Origin: Rhizodiscina lignyota
Lineage: Eukaryota
Direction of reading: 5' to 3'
DNA length: 64,000 nt
NCBI GenBank assembly: GCA_010015805.1
Contig: ML978122.1
Span: 1,026,453 to 1,090,452, forward strand
Part shown: positions 1-12,383 of the stretch, in pieces
Numbering within the stretch: the first letter of the stretch is position 1
How the letters are laid out: each line of letters starts with the position of its first letter
Translations under genes and position numbers: made by a program
Notes under the pieces: generated by a model
What the model was told of the DNA's origin: nothing
Databases searched by the model: none
What the model saw: only the letters and a program-made list of their open reading frames with translations

Positions 1-1988
1 GTTGCGGAATCATGCATGTGAGCCCCCTTTCTGGAGCCATCAAGCGCCTCTGCGGAACTCGCCTTTTGTACTACCTGCCTCACCGGCTTCTTGCTGTCGT
101 ACTCTTCTTCCTCGTCCTCTTCGAACACATCCGCCATTGTTGACGCGTTACCCATCTTCATTCGCATGTCGAATGGTGCCAGTTCTGGGGCGCTCTCTGT
201 TCTCCGGTGTTGCTGTCCGAGACCTGGGAGACCGGTACCGAAGGAGCCGCTGTGCATGCTTCGACGAGTGATAGTAGTGCGAGGGAAAGTACGAGAACCA
301 ATAGGCGGCGTATTGAACGGTCCGAGAGCTGCGTCCAGGTCAATGATGGGGCTCATGGCGTCGGAACCGAACGAGCCATCAGATGGAGTGCTGTCAGCCA
401 TAAAGTTCGATCCGTATTGAGGTGTGGTGGCCTGGATCGGTGAGGTCACAATGTCGATGGTGTTGTCAGCATCAAAGTTGGCAACAACATTGAAATCCAC
501 GCCAGCCGGAGTAGGAGGTACAGGTGGTGGAGGCTCTTGCTCAACAGGCGACGATTGTCCTTCAGTCGGCGTCTTCGGTCGATGTCGCAATGGGATCAAC
601 GAATGTGCCCATGATCGAACTTTGCGTGGCCTCCTATCACAGTCGATTTTGTTTCCAAGCGCACGCTCATCGACAGTATCCTCTTGGCTATCGTCACCCT
701 CTTGTGGGAGTGCTGGTGTATCCGGAGGCGTGACGATCAGGCTGGGCTCCGAGCGACTGGAAAGAGACATTGCTGACTGAGGCCTCGAGTTGCGTCGCTG
801 GTCGAACCAGCCGGAAAAGCGCTTCTTTTGCTGACTCTTTGACTTGACAGGACTGCCGCACGGAGGCGTGGTTGCAGTAGGAGACTCGGTTGCCGCTGCA
901 GATTTAGGTCTCTCAGGCAACATCAGAGTACGACCGAACTGCTCCCTTGTAGAGCCAATGGACTCCAGAGCATCGTCCGCAGTGCTTGGTCTGCCACCCA
1001 TATTCTCGTCTTCGAACGTTGTCTGGAGTGACGGTCGGCCCAACTTCACGGATGACGATGGACTGGCCGCACCGGCACTAATCACAGAGGAAAGACTGCC
1101 GTTGACAGAATGACCTCTGATGGTTGACAAGGAGCTCTCCGTTTCTGACGAAATGGTCGAAAGCGGACGAATGTACTCGACGCGTTCAGAGAAGCCAACT
1201 CGCGTGCGAGGAACAACACCTTTAGGAGGAGACTCTGCACCGTCAGATGGAGTGGCCTGATCATCCGTGGAAGTCATCCTCAATTCCGTCTGAGACGCGC
1301 TCCTCCGAGACTGCGGGGCGAAGAACTTGTTGTCGTTCTCGAGTGGTGTAACAGGTGCACTTCCACCGCGAGGCTGCGCATTCGCACTAGTCGGCTGTAA
1401 GATAGTTTGCAGGTCGTGACACGAGATTGCACCAGATCTTCTGTGGGCATGTCCACGCCTGCCGGCGGGAGGTCCCAAGCGAGTTGAAGAGCTGGGAGCA
1501 GGCAGAACACCATCACCTTTCGTCGGACTCGTGCTCATGAGACCCATTCCTCCGCCCTTGCCATCACCACCGATGAATTCGCTGCCTCCTCGCCTGTGTC
1601 TCATATGACTGGATGGAGTCGTTGGGATTGGAAGACTTGGGGAATGCGGAGGAGATTGTGGAGGAGGGGTTTTTGGTGATTGAGAGGCTGGGATCATTCC
1701 CGACGGATTGAACGTGAAATTCGGCAGAGCGCTCACAGATCTTCGTTGACTGATGCTTCGGGACTGTGCGTGCGTCGGCTTCGACATCTGTGCAGACATT
1801 GGGCGTCTTGAACTCGGTGCGAGCGCGTCACTGTCGGGTGCACGCGCCGGGAAGGTGAAATCTGGATTCGGGATCATCTCTGTAGAGGTGATGCTGGATC
1901 CAGACCTGTGAGAGTAGACTGCAGATCCCATCGACTGGTTGTCGAAGTCTGAGAAGGTTGGAGGGAGAGTGGTGGAAATTTCCGCCAT
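1..1988 (-). CDS. Ser/Pro-rich conserved fungal protein (resembles the 'cell wall proline-rich protein' family); 3' end runs off the window
   Basis: Minus-strand frame read by hand from ATG at 1988: MAEISTTLPPTFSDFDNQSMGS...MIPNPDFTFPAR...ALPNFTFNPSG...HRRGGSEFIGGDG...MSTSPTKGDG. Probably missing from the ORF track because no stop lies inside the window. Confidence 0.75.
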   Translation of the reverse strand, partial: MAEISTTLPPTFSDFDNQSMGSAVYSHRSGSSITSTEMIPNPDFTFPARAPDSDALAPSSRRPMSAQMSKPTHAQSRSISQRRSVSALPNFTFNPSGMIPASQSPKTPPPQSPPHSPSLPIPTTPSSHMRHRRGGSEFIGGDGKGGGMGLMSTSPTKGDGVLPAPSSSTRLGPPAGRRGHAHRRSGAISCHDLQTILQPTSANAQPRGGSAPVTPLENDNKFFAPQSRRSASQTELRMTSTDDQATPSDGAESPPKGVVPRTRVGFSERVEYIRPLSTISSETESSLSTIRGHSVNGSLSSVISAGAASPSSSVKLGRPSLQTTFEDENMGGRPSTADDALESIGSTREQFGRTLMLPERPKSAAATESPTATTPPCGSPVKSKSQQKKRFSGWFDQRRNSRPQSAMSLSSRSEPSLIVTPPDTPALPQEGDDSQEDTVDERALGNKIDCDRRPRKVRSWAHSLIPLRHRPKTPTEGQSSPVEQEPPPPVPPTPAGVDFNVVANFDADNTIDIVTSPIQATTPQYGSNFMADSTPSDGSFGSDAMSPIIDLDAALGPFNTPPIGSRTFPRTTITRRSMHSGSFGTGLPGLGQQHRRTESAPELAPFDMRMKMGNASTMADVFEEDEEEEYDSKKPVRQVVQKASSAEALDGSRKGAHMHDSA

Positions 1989-4900
1989 TGTGGATGGCTG
2001 CCTGCGAGAGAAAGCCTAATTGCTAAGCCGGCCAACACGCAATGACACTCCGTGACGCGATGCAAGTTCGCATGTGATGTGAGGCGGTTATCAACGGAAA
2101 TTGAGGTGGTTGCAACGTGCGCGGCCCGTATTATTGGCGTCGGTGAGGAAGCGTGCGGAGGACAATGGAGGATGCGCGTGCGAAGATGTAAAATTACTGC
2201 ATATCCATGTGAGTCAGACCGTAATGGCAGTGTCTCAGCGCAGCGAGCGCGGTCACACAAGCAGTGTTGTTGGTGAGGGACGTACAAAGTAGCAGTTTAA
2301 TGAGCGAGTCTCCAGAGGCCCGCTGGTGTGAAATGAACGACAGCAGCAGCGCGCGGTAAGGAGCGGACGGCGATGTTGGAGCTGGACGACAGAGCTCGAT
2401 CGAGTCCGCCGGGCAGCTAACAAGCCAGAGGTGAGCGTCGAGGTGGTGAGAGGATGGGACGGAGGCGGTGCGTGAGGAGTGAACGGCGGCGATCAGCCAG
2501 GTTTTGTTTGATTCAGGCACCGGACAGGCACCACACACAGGCACACACAGGCACTGCCGAGCCTTACACAAGGGCAGGCAGGCTGCGTGGGAGCCCGGTC
2601 GAGCGACAGCTGATCCAGCGCCGCATTGGGCCTGCTCGCACACTGCCTCGGCCAATGGGCAGCCAACGCGCGGCCGTCTGCTTGCTGCATCTGTACAGCG
2701 AGCCCCTAAGTCGCTCGTACCCGTTGCTGAGGCCACTCGCGAGCATCTCATCAAACACCGCGAGCTCGAGCCTCCTGCTGCCCGCCCTGCTTAATCTGCC
2801 CGCTATTGCACTCTCCAGCACATCTCCGCCGCAATCTCAACGGCCAGCAATGGCCTGCGCTCGCTGCAACTCTCTGCCCGTAGGACCTGCTGTGCTGCGC
2901 TGGCCGGCTCGCAGCAAGTTGCAGCAGCAAACTGGTTCAGCTGGCCCTCGACCGTGTCATCGTAGCGAGACTCCACCAAGCTAACTCCATTGCGAGCGCT
3001 GCACATGCCTCCCACGCCTTGCACCTGCGCTTGGCGCTCGGGATGCCCGTCGCCAGCCTGCCATCGCAGGACGATCGATACTCGTCCTGACGCTTGTTTG
3101 TGTTTAGAATCTCACGCCTCTATCTCGCACACTGTTTCCTGCACAACGAAACATCTTTGTAATTTTAGAATTCCAGAAGCCCGGCTCCGCTCATGCGAAC
3201 GATAAGCAGCCTCACATGCATCACTCATCAGTCCATCTCACATCGACACGCTCCAAGGAGGTGCCATGACAGTCAGACTCGGAGCAAGCGACCTTAACAG
3301 CCTTCGACGAACGCCACACGCCGATTGCTCGCCATCTGACGCTAGCTCTAAAGACGCATGCCAGAGTCAGGAACTGCCTACGTCCGGCATGGCGTCTCCC
3401 CCGGATTGCGTCGCCTCACCGCTCTGCAAATCGCACCTTAAAAATAACCTGGCCCGTAGGCCTCTGCTCTCACTGCTCCGCAATTGACGTCGTCTCCGTT
3501 GCGCATCGATCGCAATGGCCAACCTCTTGCGTGGAATGCTGTCGTTTGATCGTGACTCCACAATTGCCTCTCCCTACTATGCCCGGGGATACGAGGCTGC
3601 GCTTCATGTACAACCGAACACCCTTCTGCCACCAGAACGCCCGCAACCAAGTTCCAGCAAGAAAAAGCCACCGAAGCACCGCATGACATGTCCTCGCCCG
3701 CACGCATCTGCAAGGGCCGGGCATTTGCAGCCAATAACGCGCTTGCTCGCATCACCACCTTGCCAGGTTCATGATTGAGATATTCCTTCAATTCCGAAGT
3801 CGAGAGAGGCACCTGCTCCGGATCACCGCTGCTTTTTATCTCGTCTACAAGCATTCCGCTTCGGAGGATTCTTTGAGGCTTTGATCGCTAGGCCTATGAA
3901 CGCTTGCGGGGAACTCATTCAGAAACAGACGCCGCACTGTTGATCGTGCACGTCGCGATAAGCGCCCGGAAATTCTTTGTTGAATTGACGAGACACGCGC
4001 TCTCAATTGCTACATGCTGCACTGAAGCTGCGAGTTCTTTTGTCTATCTTCAATTGGGGCCAGAATCTCTACTACATTAGAGGCAGCCAGCCGCTGTAGT
4101 GTAGCAGTGCATCTGCTTGCATATGTTGAGTGCTGCGAGAAAAATTTCCTCTCCACCTGCACAGTGCCGTAGCGGACATGGTTTGCTGGCAAGTGTCAAA
4201 TAACGGCCACGCAGTTCAGCTACCCTCAGGAAATCCGCCTCTGCAAACCATTCCTTCTTTTCCGCTGTTTCCCCTCTCTCGTATGAATTGGTTTTTGCCA
4301 CGCACCGGTCAGTGCTCAACTGGTTAGGTCCCCGACTTCGGATCGCGCTGCGCCAAAATTGCAGGTCGAGGCCACACAGAGCTGAAGAAAAGAAGGGAGC
4401 TGAATCGGGGCTGCCACGTTGGCGTGCGGGAGAAACGATCTGGATTACGCCATCATCCTTGGTACTCTATTTCGTACATGATGCGGGTAAGAGAGAGAAG
4501 AAATAATTGCGGAGAAGGGGTTTCTTTTCCTTCTTCATTCGGCGCCCGTCGACAGCGGCTTCATCGTGTGGCTTCGCTGGCATCTGCAGGCCGCATCGCT
4601 TTAGGAAGTGCGTCTCGAAGCACGCACTCGATGTGCAGCGACTTTGTATCACCAAGGGAAAAGGCCTCGAAATACAATTGTTTGCTATTCGTGTCTTTAA
4701 GGTTCTTTTCTCATATCTGTAGGGCTACTCAGCTCACCTTTCCTCAATATAATTCCCTGCCGCTGGTTGTTTCAAATATAAGCAATATCATCAGTGCATC
4801 TCCTCCAGCGATGCCGACGAACCGAATGTGGGCAGAACGCATTGTCAAAGCCGTCACTTCACGGCGTTGCCTCACTCAAGGTACAGTAATTCTTATGCCT

Positions 4901-5351
4901 ACGCATCAAGTTCTCATTGTGCAATTTCGCGAAATATGCCGAGCCGGTTGTACTGCTTGAACTGTACCATTACAAGGAGTCTAGCGATGGCAGAAGCCAC
5001 TCCAAGTCCACCTCCAGTATCAAACAACCTTGACTAGCATTAGATCCGTCTCGACGCTAGGACCTGCGATTTCCACCAAGGAGAGACTTCAGTCATCATC
5101 GGATACTGTGCCAGTTAAGCTTTTGTCTATGATTAATTGATCTCTGATCTAGTATTAGGGCAACGACCATCTACGACGTACAGCCGTTCACAAAAACTCC
5201 CAGGCTCCACGCTCAAACGCTCAAGAACCCGCTCTAACGATATACAGAAAATGTCATTGTACACGAAGACCGAAAATGATCAACAGGCAGTCCAGCAACA
5301 AGTGTGCCCATGCGATGCCCCTCTAAAACGCCGGCAAATAGCAAATACCGC

Positions 5352-6742
5352 TTATATCTCAAACCTCTCCAGCCAGTGTCGAATGACAACCTTGCCTTCG
5401 TAGAACCGCTCAACCGGCATCCGCACAATGATCGCTGCATGGCTGTGGTTGACGTTGTGGATGTGGACGGGATGTTTCTCGAATCCCACGTCGTCAAGCG
5501 CTTGTACCATGGCGAATTGGTCGGAGGTAAGAGCCAGAGTGGGGAACTCGAGAGTGTGCGCAGGAGAGTCGCCATTTGCGAGCTTCTCCTGCTCTCTGTT
5601 GCTCTTGCTCAACAGCGGACTCTCCTGTCCCATCGCTTCTATGCTGTCGTCCGGCAGGTACTCCTGATCGTGAGTGTTCGCGACGTTCTCGTAGATGTCC
5701 TCTGTCGTCTGTCGAACGTCCTGGATCATGAGCGGGATCCTGTACATGCCGGTTTTGATGCCCAGCTTGCCAGCCTCGTGGAGCTTTATGCGTTGCTTGC
5801 TCCGCGCCGTCTGTACAACGGATGTCACAGAGAATACAGTCAGGGCAACAGGTAGGAAAATGCAGATAAACGCGAAGAATGGCATGCGGCGGATGAAATT
5901 GCGGCCGCCTCCATAGAGACGCTGGTAGAGCGCCTCCTCGTCTCTGGGTGAGACAGGGTTCTTGGCATCCACGATAATGTCGTCGTAACCGGGGACGTAG
6001 TTGATCTTTATCGCGTCCGGTTTGACGAAGGGGTCCGTTTTCGATATGCTGGTTGTGTAGTATACAGCTGAGCGGTCGTTTACAATGTTTGCGTACAGCG
6101 AGCGATTTCTGAATCGCGATAATGCGCGAATAAAGATGCTGTCTGGGTCCGCGAGCACCGAAAGGAGCGGTCGTCCCGTATCGCGGAACTTGTCCGTCAG
6201 GAATAGCTGCCTCCCGGACATGGAGAGCATCCTCGCGCCCAGTACATTCCACAAGTGATTGTGATAGCCGACCAGCGGCGTCCGGACACCAAGATGTGGC
6301 GTAGCGAACGTAGTGAAGTTGACCGGCTCGAGCTTCTCGAACCAACCCCTGTTATACAGCAGTCCGACGGCGTATCTGGCGACCAATCCGCCCAAGGAGT
6401 ATCCCATGAAGCTCAATTTTGTGATCTTCTGCCCTCCTCTTTCCAGCTCTTCTATTGTCTCTTCCACCTCCTGCGTCACGCGCTCTCCGCCCAGCTCGAT
6501 GCCGTCGTAGGTAAAGCTCCCGGAGTTCCGCGCCGCGACAAGAACGTACGCTTTGTCTTCGGCATATTTCTCGCGTAAGGAGGAGGCAACATATTCAAGA
6601 TGTTTAGGGTTTCCCCACAGTCTAGACGGACGCGTGCGATTAGCGCAGGAAGCTACGGAAGAGATGGAAGTGTGAATTACCCATGCACGAGCACGACCAG
6701 GTGGTCCGCGCTGCCCGGCTTTGTTGCTGCTTCTTCGCCCAT
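5352..6742 (-). CDS. DUF676 putative lipase/serine esterase (Rog1/Lpl1 family)
   Basis: Exon 1 MGEEAATKPGSADHLVVLVHG, intron 6622-6680 (GTAATT...CTAG), then LWGNPKHL...TYDGIELGGER. Nucleophile motif GYSLGG and FATPHLG; C-terminal HSHAAII. Confidence 0.9.
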
Positions 6743-7870
6743 CTCTTGCAAATTAAGGACAGAATCGTATGGAAAAGTGAAAGGGACAATGCTTAAGGAT
6801 AGTGCGCGGCGGTGGCGGAACGCGAGACTCTTATTATACGTCCGAGACGAGTGGTCTCCTGAGGCCGCCGGGGCTGACGACGTTCGGTCTGCGTCTCAAG
6901 GACGAAAGTTCTCGGGACCGCAGCCACTTTATGCGGATGATGACGACACGCGATCGGTGCTGCAGGGGAAATTTGCAGGGGTTTTCGTACACCTGGCTCA
7001 AGAAGAGAATCGGGACTGTGGCTGAGCTTGAAATAATTTTGGTGCGGCTTGACCGATGGTACTCAGGTGCAGAAGGGCATTGCTGATACTCTCCTCGGAG
7101 CAGCATAGTAAAGACTCAACTAGAGTCTCTTTAGAGTGAACAAAGCGGTCTATGGAACATGTGATAACCTTCTTGTTTCAGGACTTTGATTGCTTTGTCT
7201 GGACTGAGAGGTTCAATAGGCTCCAACGAGGGGAATAGTTATTAAGACAGTGAACAGCTATGATGTATATAGCCTAATAGTTAGAAAGAAAAGAAATGTT
7301 CATCTTAAGTTATATTTACTTAGTGCTAAAATTGAGATTCGTCCATGGCCTTAAACTTTCACATGACTTATACCGCTAAGCCAAGTTAAGCTTAGCCTTT
7401 ATGCTGCTATATAAAATGTGCAACTCAACATCACCCTTTCCGTTTTTAATCCCTACGTTTACACAACTTCGCAATTACTGGCGACTCTACGACCGGATCA
7501 GTATAGAAGTGTAGGCCAGTAATGGGAGAAAATTCATCTAGATTCACATAGAAGCTCTTACAACTACTCTAACCTCAACTACCGGAGTTGAAGTTCGAAC
7601 ACTATATCACTCCAGCACCAACGCGCACAACAGCCGATTTTCAGTAATAGCCAAAACAACTCATTACTGACTTCTATTATGCTGATAATGACTGAGCAGG
7701 CCGGACATTGCCCAACAACAAGAAAGCAAAGTAGCATGACAATCACTAGCTGTGCCACGACAATCGCGAAAAGCTTCAAATACGCCAAATCTCCACGATA
7801 AGCACACAACTCGCAATTGATCCCGTCTAGGCTTCACGTCGCCATTTTCATCCTCCAGGCTGGCGGCACT

Positions 7871-9901
7871 ATGTTTTCTTCGGCGCAGTTATTCAAGAAC
7901 GTGGCCTGCCCCGATAGGGAGAAGTGTGTCCTGACAAATTGCATCTTCTCGCACGATCCAGAGGTCACAGCTGTGATTGCTCCAGAGGCAATTGCTTCCA
8001 ATCGCACAGATCCTGGAGAAGTTATCGAACAATCACTGCGTGACGGCAACGACCGTAAGCGTCAGAAGCTTGACGATGGAAGTGCAGTTGTTAAGCAATC
8101 ACTGGAACCATCAATTTCACGGAAGAAAGATACATTCGTTGGCTTGCTCACAGATGAGAAGCTCGATCCTAGTTCGACAATACCTGCACGTCAAGGACCA
8201 ATCAACAAGTCTCGTTCCACGAATGCCAACCAGGTTAAGGTTAAGACTACGTCCAGACCAATATCTCCGCCACCAGTCCCATCCAGAGGTAAGTCGAAAG
8301 ACGTCAAGACATCAATTTACGTCAAGGAACCGCCAACAGAGACGCTGAATCCGCGAATGGTACCGAGTGCTCCCGCTCAGCACGGCCTGCGCATGACCTA
8401 TCTGAAGGCCTTGCTTGAAGCTGTCAAAGAGCTCAATCAAGAAGTCAGCAGAGATGAAGACCCCAAAGTTAGGAGCCTCAGCATGACCGAATCTGAACTT
8501 ATCAGATACGTTATGGATGAGGAAGAACGACTTGCTCGGGAGAATCCTTCGATCTATGGAAATCAGATTAAGCTACAAATTGTCAAAGCGAAAAGGATGT
8601 CTGTTACAGAATGGGTGCAAACAAGGACACAGTCAAATAAGCCAGAAGAGCATAAGCCAGAAAAGCCAACGACGAAGTCACTCGACACTGGTCTCACACC
8701 GACACAAGAACTATTCATGGTCAAGGGATTGGTTACACCACGGGAAGGATTGGTTGCTGGAGGCTACATCATGGAAGCTCCAAGCCAGGAAGATATTGCC
8801 GCTGCACAGGAAGCTGACTTGGTCTCTCCATGGCGAACGTGCGACCGATGCGGAACTCACTTCCAAGTCTTCCCTGAGCGTCGAGAGGACGGCGCTCTTA
8901 CGAGCGGTGGGGCTTGCACTCATCATTGGGGCAAGCTAATCCACCCACAGAAGAAGAAAACAGATCATATCGAGGGGCATAAAGAACCACTGTTTTCTTG
9001 CTGTCAAACAGCATCAGGTTCAACGGGCTGCACAACAGCGCCAACACATGTATTCAAGAAATCTGGTCCGAAGGGGCTCGCAGCAGTATTGCCTTTCGAA
9101 GCGACACCTCCAAATCCTAATGCAGGCCCTCAGGATCCAGTGTGTTTCGACTGCGAAATGGCTTATACTTGCTATGGCCTCGAGCTGATCCGTGTCACAG
9201 CAGTAACTTGGCCTCAGGGTGCTCTCCTGTTAGACGTACTGGTTCGTCCCCTGGGCCAAATACTGGATTTCAATTCAAGGTTCTCTGGCGTCTTTCCCGA
9301 CCACTTCCTCAATGCTGAAGAATTCGATATCTCAGCTTGGGTAGCCAAGAGAGCTGCAGAACGAGATACTGACGTCTCATCGGATCAGAATACTGAAGAA
9401 AGTCTAAAGATTGTCGCCAGCCCGGCAGTGGCCAGGAGCGTTCTCACCAGTATGATATCCCCGGACACTCCTCTTATCGGCCATGGACTTGAAAATGACC
9501 TAAACGCTATCCGCCTCATCCACCCAACTATTGTGGACACTGTATTTCTCTTTCCTCATCCGAGAGGTCTCCCGTACCGTAACGCCCTCAGAAATCTCAC
9601 TAGCCAACATCTTGGGCGCTCCATTCAGGTTGCTGGAGCGGCAGGTCACGATAGCTTGGAGGATGCAAAGGCCACCGGGGATCTTGTGCGCTTCAAAGTC
9701 AAGAAGGACTGGAGCTGGATGCAACAGAAGGGCTGGACGCTCGAAGATGGACAATTCATCCAGCCTGATGGAAATATTGCTGAGGACCTCCCTTCTCGAC
9801 TGAAGGATTATTGGATGAGCAAGCTCAAGAAGGGGAAAAGGAAGATCGCTCAGACGGATGGGTGCGAAGACACATCGGAAAGCGAATCATCTGCGGAGTA
9901 A
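7871..9901 (+). CDS. REX3: RNA exonuclease 3 (DEDDh 3'-5' exonuclease)
   Basis: Single ORF starting MFSSAQLFKNVACP. It has an N-terminal Cys/His motif (CP..C..CIFSH), CDRC...C.HHWGK...CC, and Exo motifs FDCEM, GHGLENDL and HDSLEDA. Confidence 0.9.
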   Translation: MFSSAQLFKNVACPDREKCVLTNCIFSHDPEVTAVIAPEAIASNRTDPGEVIEQSLRDGNDRKRQKLDDGSAVVKQSLEPSISRKKDTFVGLLTDEKLDPSSTIPARQGPINKSRSTNANQVKVKTTSRPISPPPVPSRGKSKDVKTSIYVKEPPTETLNPRMVPSAPAQHGLRMTYLKALLEAVKELNQEVSRDEDPKVRSLSMTESELIRYVMDEEERLARENPSIYGNQIKLQIVKAKRMSVTEWVQTRTQSNKPEEHKPEKPTTKSLDTGLTPTQELFMVKGLVTPREGLVAGGYIMEAPSQEDIAAAQEADLVSPWRTCDRCGTHFQVFPERREDGALTSGGACTHHWGKLIHPQKKKTDHIEGHKEPLFSCCQTASGSTGCTTAPTHVFKKSGPKGLAAVLPFEATPPNPNAGPQDPVCFDCEMAYTCYGLELIRVTAVTWPQGALLLDVLVRPLGQILDFNSRFSGVFPDHFLNAEEFDISAWVAKRAAERDTDVSSDQNTEESLKIVASPAVARSVLTSMISPDTPLIGHGLENDLNAIRLIHPTIVDTVFLFPHPRGLPYRNALRNLTSQHLGRSIQVAGAAGHDSLEDAKATGDLVRFKVKKDWSWMQQKGWTLEDGQFIQPDGNIAEDLPSRLKDYWMSKLKKGKRKIAQTDGCEDTSESESSAE

Positions 9902-12383
9902 TTTGATGAGGCACGATTGTTCAGGTGGAAGTGTTTTTCGTGGTCCTTCGAGAAGCCTTCAATTAGCTTCGATAGTGACAAAAAAGTTGAGCGATGGCTA
10001 TGATACCAATCTACAATGCTCCGGGCCTTCTTGGATGTCTCGGGCTATTGACAATACAGATTATGTCCGTTAAAGTTGTACATTTCTAACAAATAACCTC
10101 TGGGGCATGTCAAATCAAGCATTTATATATGCTCGCGCTTGGGTTGAAGAAGAAAACACGTTTCTGCAGCATGCATTCGAACTTCGCGGGACTCGACTAT
10201 TCTGTCACCTTCGGGATAGGGGTTCTGCCTGCTGGACATCAGACTCATACGGCCAAAGGATGACTCCCCGAGTGGGGGATCAATGAGAAATGTGCTCTCA
10301 TGTTTAGGATGTTGCGGTCGCAAGTGATCAACTAATGCCTATGCGAGATCACAAATTGAGTATCACGAGAACTTGGCCCTTGCCAAGCCCCCACGTCCGG
10401 TGAATCTTGATCAGCTTACCGTCCATTCACGGTCCCTCCGCAGAGCGTACGAATTCTCTCCTTCGTGTCCAGCATCGTGCAACGTATCACATCTTTTCAA
10501 AGGACATGATTTTTCCAGGCTACTGCGGATTAGTGCCGCGTTGATAAGATCGTCGCCCTACCGGTCAGCCACGCCAACGGTTCACCTTGTGCTCCCCCGA
10601 GTTCCTACCGCTTCCCTCGACTGTCATTTGCTTCCTCGGAGCGGTCTCGCCCTGTCTCTGCCGTCAATTTCAGATCAATGTCTCCTCAGTCATCTCCAAA
10701 GTTCAATCAGATTGTTTCTCGGAGCAGATCTTTTCTCCATTTCTCATCCTGTTGACTGCGGTGAGCCATATCTGGCCATCGTCCTAGGCAGAGGACCAAT
10801 ACCGACCAATTATATCCTGAAATTCGTCTCAAGTGGGTATGTTGTTCAAACTTGCTGATCAACACGTCTTCCAGAGCATTTCTAGATCCAATGTACCTCC
10901 GAGCTCGCCTCACCGATGAGCAAGGCTCGGAAAGTTGCTTCCTCTTCGTCTTTCGGTGTCTTTCTTCGCTCTCTTTGGCTGTTGATTCACAGTCAGTAAG
11001 GTGAAGACAGCTTGCAACAGTCAATTTAGCTCCGATCCAGTTGTTGGGGCCGCAACGCCAGCGTTGGTTGTCAGCGTCCCAGCTCTGTTCTACCCGAACC
11101 CGAAGCTCTGGAGTGGGTACACCTGCTTCGTCTGATTCAGACTCGCCAGTGTCGTGCATGGTTGCCTTTTTCTACTTGAGCATGTTGCTTCTTGCTAAAC
11201 AGACAGACAAATGCTGTGGGCGCATGGCTCGGAGTCCGAACGTTGAGGTCACATCTGGCGCAAGCGCGTTTGCCGGCTGATAAAACCGCAGTTTGAACCG
11301 GCTAAGCCATCGCTGAACTTCCAGACCATCGCGGACATAAATATGTCACTTCCTGTCCGAGGCTTCTATTGGCTTGATTGGATACAATCAGCCTCTGACC
11401 TTCCTTGCAGCCAACATGCATGCAGGCAACATTTTCCCGCACGGCATGTCAAGCATTCACCCCAGTATAACGTTGCTGCCCTGCAGCATCCGCTCTACTG
11501 GTAGGCGGCTCCATCCCATCGGACAGTGCGTCCCCTGCAAGGTCGCATACTCTCATGGCAAGGCGTTCCTCCGGACGAATCGACAGCAATGGATGAACTA
11601 GGTGTTGCATGCGCATCTCCAACTGTCACGCCGTATTTTCGGTTACTGTAAAGCCTCTATCTCCTATACATTCCTTTGATTTGCTACTGCAAGTGGGTAC
11701 GTCAGCACTTTTAGGTTTTGCTCTAGTATTTACCACCCGCCGTGCTTTCCCGACGTGCATATCTCGTCTCTCTTGGCTTATCTAATCCATTTAGATTCTA
11801 AAGACCCTCACAAGCTGGGCTTTGAGGCGGTGGAAAGATATTTCTGGCCGGCTACGGCTACGAGTGGATGAACTGCTCCGCCGGATTCCCGCCCGCCCGA
11901 GCCGTCAGTGGTGTGGAGTAGGGATAATATCCCGACCTATAAGGCGCCAACGACCGCCTGTGGTGTCGGTTCATTTTCTTGCCCAACTGTCATATCACGC
12001 AAGGGTCTCTCACTGCAGCCTCTCGCAACATATCTCATTGGTGCTAAACTTCGAGCCTTTCCCTCACTATGTAGATGCCTTCGATGTCCAGGCTCTACCT
12101 TATTTAACACCTTTCTTAATCTTGTAGGCAGAAAGAAGCACGGAGACATTGTCACCTGGGCCTCAATCCGAGAGGGTCGGTTGCGAACGACTCAACGTTG
12201 TAACACGGGCAATGACTGTTCTTTTTATCACAAGGGCTGTGTGTGTTGTACCCCTAAAGGGCGTCTGCTACGCCCCTCAAAGCCCCGAAGGATGAGACAC
12301 TGTTACGAGCTTCAGATTCAAAACAAAAACTCCATGGAGACGGCCCGAAATCGAACGACAGAGGTGGTCACCAGATGGCAGCT

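Noticed and set aside
5494..6345. 283-aa alternative-frame minus ORF
   Set aside because: Nested in another frame of the DUF676 lipase; explained by GC-rich codon usage.
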